Part shown: piece by piece, positions 27,653-35,559 of the stretch
Layout of the letters: each line of letters begins with the position of its first letter
Position numbering within the stretch: position 1 is the first letter of the stretch
Assembly: GCA_045531965.1 (NCBI GenBank)
Contig: JAZSFA010000004.1
Coordinates: 22,617-86,616, forward strand
DNA length: 64,000 bases
DNA from: Eubacteriales bacterium
GTDB taxonomy: Bacteria > Bacillota > Clostridia > Oscillospirales > CAG-272
Reading direction: 5' to 3'
Position numbers and translations under genes: made by a program
Notes under the pieces: generated by a model
Seen by the model: the letters and a program-made list of their open reading frames with translations, nothing else
What the model was told of the DNA's origin: nothing
Databases searched by the model: none

Positions 27653-28255
27653 ATGCTGGAATTTCTGTCTTCTAACTCCTTTGAAATGACATCTATTATC
27701 TTAACGGTAATAATCACACTAATAACTATCCCTAGCACCATCATACCTATTTTAAAATCCTATAAAAAAGCTTCTGAAAAATCAACTATTGAATTAAAAG
27801 ATTTAGAAAGATTCACGGCGGAAATAAAAACAGCAAAAAACATAAATAATACAGTACATGCTGTGATTATGCAACGCAAAGGAACAAGAGAAGAGCTTTA
27901 TGAAAAAAGAAATTTTGATAAAATCTTAAAAAAAATTTCATTTGCTCTTGCTATTGTTACGAGTATACTTGGAACAATAATATTGTTTGCAGGGGTTATT
28001 TTAAGTCTCTGTTGGGATAGAGAAATCAACTGGATAACCGCCTCTTCTGGTGCAATTTTTGAATGTGTGGCGGGACTATATTTTTGGATGGTACATAAAA
28101 CAACAAAAGAAGTTAATTTTAATACTAGAAAGTTAGAAAAAGACGAAGATTTTACAACTGCGGTAAGCTTGGTTGAAAAAATTCAAAATTCAGAAGTTAA
28201 AGATGATGTGTATAAAAATATCATCCTTCAATTGATCAACGATAAAAATTCTTAA
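27653..28255 (+). CDS. AT-rich small membrane protein (about three TM helices)
   Basis: N-terminal TM (IILTVIITLITIPSTIIPIL), charged helical linker, TM hairpin (FALAIVTSILGTIILFAGVILSL / ASSGAIFECVAGLYFWMV), acidic helical tail. Confidence 0.55.
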   Translation: MLEFLSSNSFEMTSIILTVIITLITIPSTIIPILKSYKKASEKSTIELKDLERFTAEIKTAKNINNTVHAVIMQRKGTREELYEKRNFDKILKKISFALAIVTSILGTIILFAGVILSLCWDREINWITASSGAIFECVAGLYFWMVHKTTKEVNFNTRKLEKDEDFTTAVSLVEKIQNSEVKDDVYKNIILQLINDKNS

Positions 28256-28453
28256 TTAAGTGAAAACACCATTGAAAGCCGCTCCTCAAGGTCTGATTTC
28301 AATGGCGTTTTCTCTAAAAATTCTTGTTACATAACGGTTTTTCACAAGAAGATGTTTGGGACTTTATCGGACTAAAATGCAGAAAAAGTCGGATTTGCCA
28401 AATGAAAAAGCGAAAGGGAATGAATCCGAACCCCAGTAGTCCGATATGGAATT

Positions 28454-28576
28454 TCAAGTTTTGTTTGCCTGACAAGCATATTCCTGCTCCTTCTGCTTTG
28501 GAGTCTTGTATCGCAACTTCAAGTGCGGACGGCGAGAGTTGTAGAAAACCATATAATCATCAACGGCCTTGTAGAA
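28454..28576 (-). pseudogene. C-terminal remnant of an rve/DDE (IS3-like) transposase
   Basis: Minus strand reads FYKAVDDYMVFYNSRRPHLKLRYKTPKQKEQEY.., the YNxxRPHxxLxxxTP tail of integrase-core transposases. Stops lie immediately upstream, so only ~40 codons survive. Confidence 0.6.
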
Positions 28577-28690
28577 AAAATTTTAAACCTATTGACTTTT
28601 ATGGCTTTTCGGATATAATATAAGCAATGATCGTTCAAAACAATTTTGTATTGCATAAAAACTGAAAACGCAAGGCACCGAAGGGGACAT

Positions 28691-29102
28691 TCTTTTCGTC
28701 CTCCGTAGACAAAACGGAAGAGACACGCATCGCGTGTCTCTTCCGTTTTGGAGATACTACTCACGAATCAGATCGAGCTCTGCGCGCTTGCGCGCAGAAT
28801 CCGGTTCGGTTTCGCCGCTCGGAGATCGGCAAGCTCGCTTGCCGGGCGGAGAGCGAGCGAATTTTCGCCGAAGGCGAAATTACGGGCTTGAATAGTCTTT
28901 TCGTCCTCTATAGACAAAACAAAAACGGTACGCATCGCGTACCGTTTTTGTTTTGGAGACACTACTCACGAATCAGCCCGCGCTCTGTGCGCTAAGGCGC
29001 ACAGAATCCGGTTCGCATTCGCCACTCGGAGATCGGCAAGCTCGCTTGCCAGGCGTAGAGTGTACGAATATTCGCCGAAGGCGAAATACCGGGTGGCGCC
29101 TC
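28691..29102. repeat. two tandem copies (~205 bp each) of a terminator-plus-hairpin intergenic repeat
   Basis: Unit A is 28691-28895 and unit B is 28896-29102. Each unit has TCTTTTCGTCCTC..TAGAC, an A-tract/stem/T-tract hairpin (28711-28749; 28921-28949), then GGAGA.ACTACTCACGAATCAG and three short hairpins. A further hairpin lies at 29104-29141. Confidence 0.8.
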
Positions 29103-29145
29103 CAAACAAAAGAGCACTGCGAGAGCAGTGCTCTTTTGTTTGGAA

Positions 29146-29310
29146 ATGAAGCGCGCTGACGCGCATGAAAAATGAAGCAGGGCTTCGCCCTATGAAGCGA
29201 GCCTTCGGCTCACAGAGAAGTTAGTGTGCGCTTCGCTTCATGCGAGCGAAGCGAGTGCTTCATAGAAGCCGTAAGGCTTCTGCTTCATATCGACGAAGTC
29301 GATGCTTCAT
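29146..29310. repeat. array of ATGAAGC + mini-hairpin units mirrored by mini-hairpin + GCTTCAT units
   Basis: ATGAAGC at 29146, 29172 and 29192 (degenerate ATGAAAA at 29165), each followed by a 5-bp hairpin. GCTTCAT at 29235, 29257, 29282 and 29304, each preceded by a hairpin. Confidence 0.75.
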
Positions 29311-29338
29311 TGACAAAACAATGGTTTTATGCTATACT
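29310..29338 (+). promoter_or_regulatory. sigma-70-type promoter
   Basis: TTGACA (29310-29315), 17-nt spacer, TATACT (29333-29338); the -35 overlaps the last GCTTCAT unit. Confidence 0.55.
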
Positions 29339-29389
29339 TTATTCAAAGGACGGTGATATTATGGCAAGCGATAAGCTTTCGGACAATCA

Positions 29390-29713
29390 ATGGATTTTGC
29401 AGTTCAAATTATCAATCTCGTTAAGCAATTAAAAGAACAAAGAGAAAGTATCATTTCCAATCAGATTGGCAGAAGCGGCACATCTATTGGCGCAAACATT
29501 CGTGAAGCCAAATATGCACACGGCACAGCCGATTTTATTTCCAAAATGCAGATTGCGCTCAAAGAAGCAAACGAAACGGGCTATTGGTTGGAGTTACTCT
29601 ATAAAACTAACTATATCGGAGAAGAGCAATATAACTTTTTGGAATCCAAATGTAAATCCCTGAGGGCAATGCTTGTTTCTTCAATTAACACCGCAAAAAA
29701 CAATAACAAATAG
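29390..29713 (+). CDS. four-helix-bundle protein (23S rRNA intervening-sequence / Avd-like family)
   Basis: IGRSGTSIGANIREAKYAHGTADFISKMQIALKEANETGYWLELL matches the family core. The N-terminus may be frameshifted (ATG 29361 is in another frame). Confidence 0.7.
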   Translation: MDFAVQIINLVKQLKEQRESIISNQIGRSGTSIGANIREAKYAHGTADFISKMQIALKEANETGYWLELLYKTNYIGEEQYNFLESKCKSLRAMLVSSINTAKNNNK

Positions 29714-29791
29714 TCTAATAGCATCAGTAAGAATCAAATATTTAATCAAATTGCAGAACTGCAAAAAAGCCTTGAGTCCATCAACAAAATA

Positions 29792-30001
29792 TTGTACAAG
29801 ATTCAATGTGTAACCGATTCTCAATCCTATGTCGAGCAGGAAGATGGAGAGCCCATAACTCTCGATTATCTTCCGGATGTGGCTATGGAAAAGATCAAGG
29901 CAATACGAGAAATCGTTTTAGAACGAGAAAAAACAATCAACAAAATGCTTGATTTCTACTTAAAGTTATATCAAGATTTAGAAACAGACAAAAAAGAATA
30001 A
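29792..30001 (+). CDS. hypothetical coiled-coil fragment
   Basis: The frame is open from 29714 but has no ATG, only TTG 29792; possibly a truncated gene. Confidence 0.25.
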   Translation: MYKIQCVTDSQSYVEQEDGEPITLDYLPDVAMEKIKAIREIVLEREKTINKMLDFYLKLYQDLETDKKE

Positions 30002-30002
30002 G

Positions 30003-30215
30003 GCATCTTTTTTGTCAACACGTCTCAAAACAAAAACGGTACGCCTCGCGTACCGTTTTTGTTTTGGTCGTGCTACGCACGAAACGGGCTCGGCTCCGCA
30101 AGCGAAGCGCAGCGGAATCCGGTTCGCATTTCCGCCGCAGAGCGCGTCGAGCTCGCTCGTAAGCGGCAAGGCGAGAAATCTTCGCCGAAGACGAAATACC
30201 GGGTGGCGCCATAGG
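30003..30215. repeat. third copy of the terminator-plus-hairpin repeat
   Basis: GCATCTTTTTTGTCAAC, hairpin 30032-30060, then GAATCCGGTTCGCATT..CGCC and TTCGCCGAAGACGAAATACCGGGTGGCGCC as in units A and B. Confidence 0.7.
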
Positions 30216-30266
30216 TGGGCTTTTTGCCGCAAATCGCTCACCTTGTACTGTACGGCGCAAAAAATA

Positions 30267-30295
30267 TTGACATGAACGCCCAAATGTGATATAAT
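30267..30295 (+). promoter_or_regulatory. consensus sigma-70-type promoter of the K+ uptake operon
   Basis: TTGACA (30267-30272), 17-nt spacer, TATAAT (30290-30295). Confidence 0.65.
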
Positions 30296-30378
30296 GGCTG
30301 AAACGAATCATGGTTAAAGAAACCGGCTAACGGTAGATAGAGGATGTTGGTTCTTTATACTTTTTAGAGGAAAAACTT

Positions 30379-31740
30379 ATGAGGAGAAAAAAGAAATTCA
30401 CGTTTTCAACCACGCAGATCATATTACTCAGCTTCCTTGTGACCATTCTCGTGGGCAGTGCGCTTTTGGCATTGCCGATAAGCTCCGCCACAGGGAGCGC
30501 TGTGCCATATCTTGACGCGCTCTTCACGGCAACCACCTCAACCTGCGTGACAGGTCTTGTTACGCTTCCCACGGTGTCCACATGGAGCTTCTTCGGACAG
30601 GTCGTCATTTTTTTGCTGATACAAATCGGCGGTCTTGGTATCATCACCGTTATGTCGGGGCTGATGCTTCTTTTGAACAGAAAAATGGGCATAAGTGACC
30701 GATTGCTCATTCAGGATGCTTTCAATCTCAATACAATGTCAGGTCTTGCGAAATTTGTCAGGAATGTACTGTTCGGCACGCTGATCATTGAAGGAATAGG
30801 GGCTATCCTGTATATGCTTGTGTTCGTCCCCGAATTCGGCGTGAAAGGTATTTGGATATCGGTGTTCAATTCGGTTTCTGCCTTCTGCAACGCAGGTATT
30901 GACATCATTGGGGAAAACAGTCTGTGCAATTACGCCACGAATCCCTTAATCAATACCGTCACCTCTGCGCTTATCATTCTCGGCGGTCTCGGCTATATCG
31001 TATGGTGGGACGTGCTTCGTGTCGTTAGAAGCCGGTCACAAAAGAATCGCAAGATATTCAGACATCTGACCTTGCACTCAAAGATCGCGATTACGGTTAC
31101 CGCAGTTCTCATTGTTTCAGGTGCGATTCTGTTTTTTATTTTTGAATACGCAAATCCGTTGACCATAGGAGAGATGCCCCTCTTTGATAAAATTCAAGTA
31201 TCCTTATTTCAATCGGTTACTACGAGGACTGCAGGATTTGCTTCGGTTCCGCAAGAGAATCTGACGAACGCTTCTGCTGCCGTATCGATGATCTTGATGC
31301 TGATCGGCGGTTCTCCCGTTGGAACAGCAGGGGGTATAAAAACCGTAACCATTGCTGTTCTCATATGTTCGGCGTTTGCTACCATCAGAAACAAGAACGG
31401 CACGACGCTGTTCGGTCGCCGTGTTTCCGAGGACTCGGTGAAAAAGGCTGTTGCCGTAGCGGTCGCATTCCTCATCATATGCGCTACATCAACGATATGC
31501 TTGATGGCAACGAGCAACGCATCTGCTCTTGATGCGGTATATGAAACGGTCAGCGCCACGGCGACCGTCGGTCTTTCAAGAAATTTAACGGCAACGCTCA
31601 ACACCTTTGGAAAGATGATGATCATCGTAACGATGTATTTTGGCAGAGTCGGCCCCATATCACTTGCGGTGGCGCTCGGTAGGAAAAACGAAAGTCAGAA
31701 CGTTATTTCCGAGCCGACGGAAGATATCAGTATAGGATAA
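30379..31740 (+). CDS. ktrB: TrkH/KtrB-family K+ uptake membrane subunit
   Basis: 453-aa polytopic protein with repeated pore-loop-like segments (TSTCVTGL, AFCNAGIDI, TTRTAGF, ATVGLS) typical of Trk/Ktr transporters. Confidence 0.85.
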   Translation: MRRKKKFTFSTTQIILLSFLVTILVGSALLALPISSATGSAVPYLDALFTATTSTCVTGLVTLPTVSTWSFFGQVVIFLLIQIGGLGIITVMSGLMLLLNRKMGISDRLLIQDAFNLNTMSGLAKFVRNVLFGTLIIEGIGAILYMLVFVPEFGVKGIWISVFNSVSAFCNAGIDIIGENSLCNYATNPLINTVTSALIILGGLGYIVWWDVLRVVRSRSQKNRKIFRHLTLHSKIAITVTAVLIVSGAILFFIFEYANPLTIGEMPLFDKIQVSLFQSVTTRTAGFASVPQENLTNASAAVSMILMLIGGSPVGTAGGIKTVTIAVLICSAFATIRNKNGTTLFGRRVSEDSVKKAVAVAVAFLIICATSTICLMATSNASALDAVYETVSATATVGLSRNLTATLNTFGKMMIIVTMYFGRVGPISLAVALGRKNESQNVISEPTEDISIG

Positions 31741-31751
31741 GGAGAAGAAAA

Positions 31752-32402
31752 ATGAAAGCGAAGAAATCATATGCAGTCTTTGGACTCGGAAGATACGGCA
31801 CAGCCGTGGCAAAAGAGCTTGTGGAAAACGGTATGGAGGTTATCGCCGTGGATGCCGAGGAAAGAATTATCAACGACGCGGCGGCATATCTTCCTGTGTG
31901 CAAGTGTGCCGACGTGACCGATGCGGAGGTCATCTCCCGTCTTGGCATCGGTAATATTGATACGGTTATCGTTTGTATGGCAAACAACCTTGAAGCGAGC
32001 GTGATGGCGGTCACGCTTTGCAAGGAGGCTGGTGTGAAGACCGTTATCGCAAAATGTGCCAGCGAGATGCAGCAAAAAATATTGCTTCGTGTGGGCGCGG
32101 ATCAGGTGGTTATCCCTGAAAACGAGTCAGGCATACGCCTTGCTAAAAACCTGATAAGCTCAGGCTTTATTGACATGATTTCTCTGTCAAAGGATGTGTC
32201 TATGGTCGAGATTGACGTGAAGGACGAATGGTGTGGTAAAAACCTGATCGAGTTGAACCTCCGTAAAAAATACGGCTTCAATATCGTCGCTATCAAAAAA
32301 GGCGAGAAGGTCAATGTAAATATCAATCCCGAGCAAGTGCTGGATGCAGAAACTACACTGATCGTTATTATAAACACGGCGAAATTAGGAAAATTAAAAT
32401 AA
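31752..32402 (+). CDS. ktrA: TrkA/KtrA-family NAD-binding (RCK) regulatory subunit
   Basis: VFGLGRYGTAVAKEL Rossmann motif, 216 aa, starts 11 nt after ktrB. Confidence 0.85.
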   Translation: MKAKKSYAVFGLGRYGTAVAKELVENGMEVIAVDAEERIINDAAAYLPVCKCADVTDAEVISRLGIGNIDTVIVCMANNLEASVMAVTLCKEAGVKTVIAKCASEMQQKILLRVGADQVVIPENESGIRLAKNLISSGFIDMISLSKDVSMVEIDVKDEWCGKNLIELNLRKKYGFNIVAIKKGEKVNVNINPEQVLDAETTLIVIINTAKLGKLK

Positions 32403-32436
32403 ACCATCAAATGCCAATTTGTCAGGGAAAAGCGTG

Positions 32437-32550
32437 GCATCTTTTTGTCAACGTGCCGGGGAGAAGGAAGCGCAACGCGTGTCCTTCTCTTTTGGTTTTG
32501 TACGTCCTCCTCGCGAAGGAAATCGCTTTTCTCCTGAAGGCGAAATGACG
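32437..32550. repeat. short fourth copy of the repeat family; includes the ktrA terminator
   Basis: GCATCTTTTTGTCAAC, hairpin GAGAAGGA..TCCTTCTC plus TTTT (32461-32493), then ..TCCTGAAGGCGAAATGACG. It lacks the central part of units A-C. Confidence 0.6.
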
Positions 32551-32641
32551 AAGAAAGCACCGTCTTGAAATATTCCCACGAGGATATTGAAAAGCGCTTC
32601 CAAGTGTGCTATAATAGGAAAAAACAAAAAGGAGCTCAAAC

Positions 32642-33157
32642 ATGAAGAATCTGATTCCCTCCAAGGACAATTCCATCGAGCCCCGCGGTGCGATTGGAAA
32701 ACAAAAGTGCGGCATCATCTTTTGGCAAAAAACAGGTTTTTTGAGACATTGTAATGATCTTGGATTTCAGGCCATGATCACATTGATAAATAAGAGCTTT
32801 TCTCCGACGAATATTCAAAATCACGGTGAGTATTGCTTTATTCAGTTTGATAATAACGAAGAAAAAATACTTTACCTTTCGCTAAAAAAAGAAAAGGATT
32901 CCAAGCATTGTTTTATATATGGCGAATCTCACACCGTGTATGCTGATGCTGATTTTCATGTGTTTGTGTTGGATATAGTCAGCTATATCGGCAAACAGCT
33001 TGGATGCAAATTTTATGTGGATGATGCTACGGACTATGTGGAACACCGTTCTGTCGAAAAGCTTAACGGATACATCTCAAACTTTGAAATTTCCTACTTT
33101 GAATCTCCGGATTTGTTGAGGGAAGCACTATTGAAAACCAAAAACATGAATGTCTGA
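32642..33157 (+). CDS. hypothetical protein
   Basis: Extended -10 (TGCTATAAT ~32605) and SD AAGGAG precede ATG 32642; no motif recognised. Confidence 0.5.
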   Translation: MKNLIPSKDNSIEPRGAIGKQKCGIIFWQKTGFLRHCNDLGFQAMITLINKSFSPTNIQNHGEYCFIQFDNNEEKILYLSLKKEKDSKHCFIYGESHTVYADADFHVFVLDIVSYIGKQLGCKFYVDDATDYVEHRSVEKLNGYISNFEISYFESPDLLREALLKTKNMNV

Positions 33158-33179
33158 ATCATACGGAAGGACAAATATT

Positions 33180-34100
33180 ATGAAGCTGCAATTTGACGTG
33201 ACGGGCAAGCACCAGCCCGACCCCTTTATCTTTGAGGACGGGGGCAAGCTCTATCTATACGTGACCGCCAAGGCGGGCGTGGAGGCATACTCCGCCGACG
33301 ATCTATTCGGGGTCTGGCACTACGAGGGGATCGTGGCCGCCTTTGAGGGGCGGTATGATTATTGGGCGCCCTCGGTCTTTAAATACGGTGACCGCTACTA
33401 TATCTACGTTTCCTGCTCCACCGACGGGGAATTTCAGTATATGCACGGGGCGGTCGCGGACTCCCCCTTGGGTCCCTTTGAACACGAGGTATGTTTTTAC
33501 AAGCGCTTTTCCATTGATTCCCATGTGGTAGAGACGGATGACGGTCTCTTTTTATGGTACGCCGAGGATAATGTGGCTTGTGACCGTGTGGGCACACGCA
33601 TCTATGTAGATAAGCTCATTGATCCCTTGACCCCCGCGAACAACCCCAAGGAGGTCATCGTCCCTACCATGGACGAGGAGATCTTCAAGCGCAACCGCTT
33701 CGGTGACGGCCGTGATTGGCATACCGTCGAGGGGGCTTTCTGGTTTAAAGAAGGGGACTGGCAGTATGTGATGTACAGCGCGGGTTGTTATGATAACGAC
33801 TCCTACCACATCGGTTACGCCGCCGCCCGTTTGGGTGAGCAAGATCTGACCCGTGTGGATTTTGTCAAGCACACGGCGAACGGTGCCTTTGACCCCGTCA
33901 TGATCAAGAATGATTTTGAAGAGGGCACGGGGCATCACAGCGTGATCAAGTATCAAGGTCAGTATTACGCCGTCTACCACGGACGAGACCCCATCCATGA
34001 CGCACGTGGGGAATTTGAGGAAGCGAGAACCTCGAGGGTGTGTAAGCTTCACGTCCGCGACGGTCTGATCACCGCGGAGCGGTACGAAGATCACGTCTGA
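33180..34100 (+). CDS. glycoside hydrolase family 43-like
   Basis: DPFIFEDGGKLYLY, YWAPSVFKYGDRYYIYVS, IDSHVVETDDGLFLWY, VEGAFWFKEGDWQYVMYS beta-propeller blade motifs; ATG 33180 lies behind GGAAGGA. Confidence 0.7.
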   Translation: MKLQFDVTGKHQPDPFIFEDGGKLYLYVTAKAGVEAYSADDLFGVWHYEGIVAAFEGRYDYWAPSVFKYGDRYYIYVSCSTDGEFQYMHGAVADSPLGPFEHEVCFYKRFSIDSHVVETDDGLFLWYAEDNVACDRVGTRIYVDKLIDPLTPANNPKEVIVPTMDEEIFKRNRFGDGRDWHTVEGAFWFKEGDWQYVMYSAGCYDNDSYHIGYAAARLGEQDLTRVDFVKHTANGAFDPVMIKNDFEEGTGHHSVIKYQGQYYAVYHGRDPIHDARGEFEEARTSRVCKLHVRDGLITAERYEDHV

Positions 34101-34175
34101 CTTCATCAAGTCCTTGTCATTTCTGCCGTTCTATGGTATCATCTGCCTATATCCTGCTTTAAAAGGAGACCTTTC

Positions 34176-35420
34176 ATGTCCCAACCGAATTATAAAAGAA
34201 CAAAGCTCGCTTGCTATACCGCCTATTTCACCATGTCCTCCATCTTCTGCCTGCCCCCGATCCTGTTCATGACCCTGCGGGAGACCTTCGGCATTTCATA
34301 CACACTTCTCGGGACGTTGGTGTTGGTCAATTTCTGTACCCAACTGGGCATTGACCTGATCTTTACCGCCTTTTCAAAGAAATTCAACGCAAAAAAGATC
34401 GTCCGTGTCATGCCCCTCATCACCTCGGCGGGGTTGTTCATCTACGCCCTGATCCCCACCATTTTCCCAAATATCGCCTACGCGGGACTGCTTCTCGGCA
34501 CCTTTGTTTTCTCGATATCCGCAGGACTTTCCGAGGTGATGCTCAGCCCCGCCATCGCGGCGATCCCCTCAGATAACCCCCAAAGGGACATGAGTATGCT
34601 CCACTCCCTCTATGCCTTCGGCGTGTTTTTCGTGGCGGTGGTCAGCACCGTGTTCCTCAAGCTCTTTGGCAACGAGAACTGGATGATCCTCGTCATGTTC
34701 TTCGCCCTCCTGCCCATCATCGCGGCGGTGATGTTCATGATCTCTCCCATGCCCGACATGAGCGGGGCGGAGAGCAGCGAAGGTGTGAAGGGGGCGAAAA
34801 GGCATGCTTTCGGCGTCGCCCTATGCGTGGCTTGCATCTTCTTTGGCAGCTGTGCCGAAAACGCCATGTCCAACTGGGTGTCGGGCTACATGGAAACCGC
34901 CCTGCATATCGACAAGGCACTGGGCGATATCCTTGGCCTTGCGGGCTTTGCCATCCTTCTGGGTCTTGCCCGTATCGGCTATGCCAAGTTTGGTAAAAAC
35001 ATCTCCCGTGTCCTGCTCATCGGCATGATCGGTGCGACGGTCTGCTATTTGGTGATTACCTTCTCCGGCGGCGTGGTGCCTGCCATGATCGCCTGCGCCC
35101 TGACGGGTCTGTTCACCGCCATGCTGTGGCCGGGAACTCTCATCATGATGGAAGAAAAGATGCCCGCTCTCGGTGTCACGGCTTATGCGCTTATGGCGGC
35201 GGGCGGCGACTTCGGCGCGGCACTCGCCCCACAGCTTTTGGGCATCGTCACCGATACCGTCTCGGCGTCAAGCTTCGCGGCGGAGTTGGGCGCGACTCTG
35301 AACCTCACCGCCGAGCAGGTTGGTCTCAAGGCGGGAATGCTGGTGACGGCGATTTTTCCCATCCTCGGTACGGTGGTGGTGATCGTGGCTATGCGGTATT
35401 TCAAAAAGCGGGCGAAGTGA
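34176..35420 (+). CDS. polytopic membrane transporter, MFS-like
   Basis: About 12 hydrophobic segments in 414 aa, SD AAAGGAG; no diagnostic motif read. Confidence 0.6.
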   Translation: MSQPNYKRTKLACYTAYFTMSSIFCLPPILFMTLRETFGISYTLLGTLVLVNFCTQLGIDLIFTAFSKKFNAKKIVRVMPLITSAGLFIYALIPTIFPNIAYAGLLLGTFVFSISAGLSEVMLSPAIAAIPSDNPQRDMSMLHSLYAFGVFFVAVVSTVFLKLFGNENWMILVMFFALLPIIAAVMFMISPMPDMSGAESSEGVKGAKRHAFGVALCVACIFFGSCAENAMSNWVSGYMETALHIDKALGDILGLAGFAILLGLARIGYAKFGKNISRVLLIGMIGATVCYLVITFSGGVVPAMIACALTGLFTAMLWPGTLIMMEEKMPALGVTAYALMAAGGDFGAALAPQLLGIVTDTVSASSFAAELGATLNLTAEQVGLKAGMLVTAIFPILGTVVVIVAMRYFKKRAK

Positions 35421-35559
35421 GATGCGAAAAAGACACCTTCGGGTGCCTTTTTTGTTTCAAATTATGTTATGCCATCCTCTTTACATCCGTCGGGATTTGT
35501 GCTATAATAACATGGGTTTGAAAAATCTTATAATGAATATACAGAAAGGAAATTCCATT

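Noticed and set aside
28324-28623. 99-aa plus-strand ORF at the junction.
   Set aside because: It has no SD and an odd composition. The opposite strand carries a recognisable transposase C-terminal remnant (28454-28576).
28691-29310. Possible CRISPR array, given the tandem repeats with hairpins.
   Set aside because: The units are about 205 bp and are homologous along their whole length. There is no short constant repeat alternating with unique spacers, and there are no cas genes in the window.
28768-29432. Short ORFs on both strands inside the intergenic repeats (28768..28962, 28953..29159, 28966..29166, 29226..29432). The same applies to 29978..30311 and 32422..32718.
   Set aside because: They are mirror-image ORFs running through palindromic repeat units and terminator hairpins. 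Their similarity to each other comes from the DNA repeat, not from protein conservation.
30296-30378. Possible c-di-AMP (ydaO/kimA-type) riboswitch upstream of the K+ uptake operon.
   Set aside because: The leader between the -10 box and ATG 30379 is only about 80 nt and lacks the paired ACGGGGA/CCCGA-type conserved blocks, so it is too short for that riboswitch.
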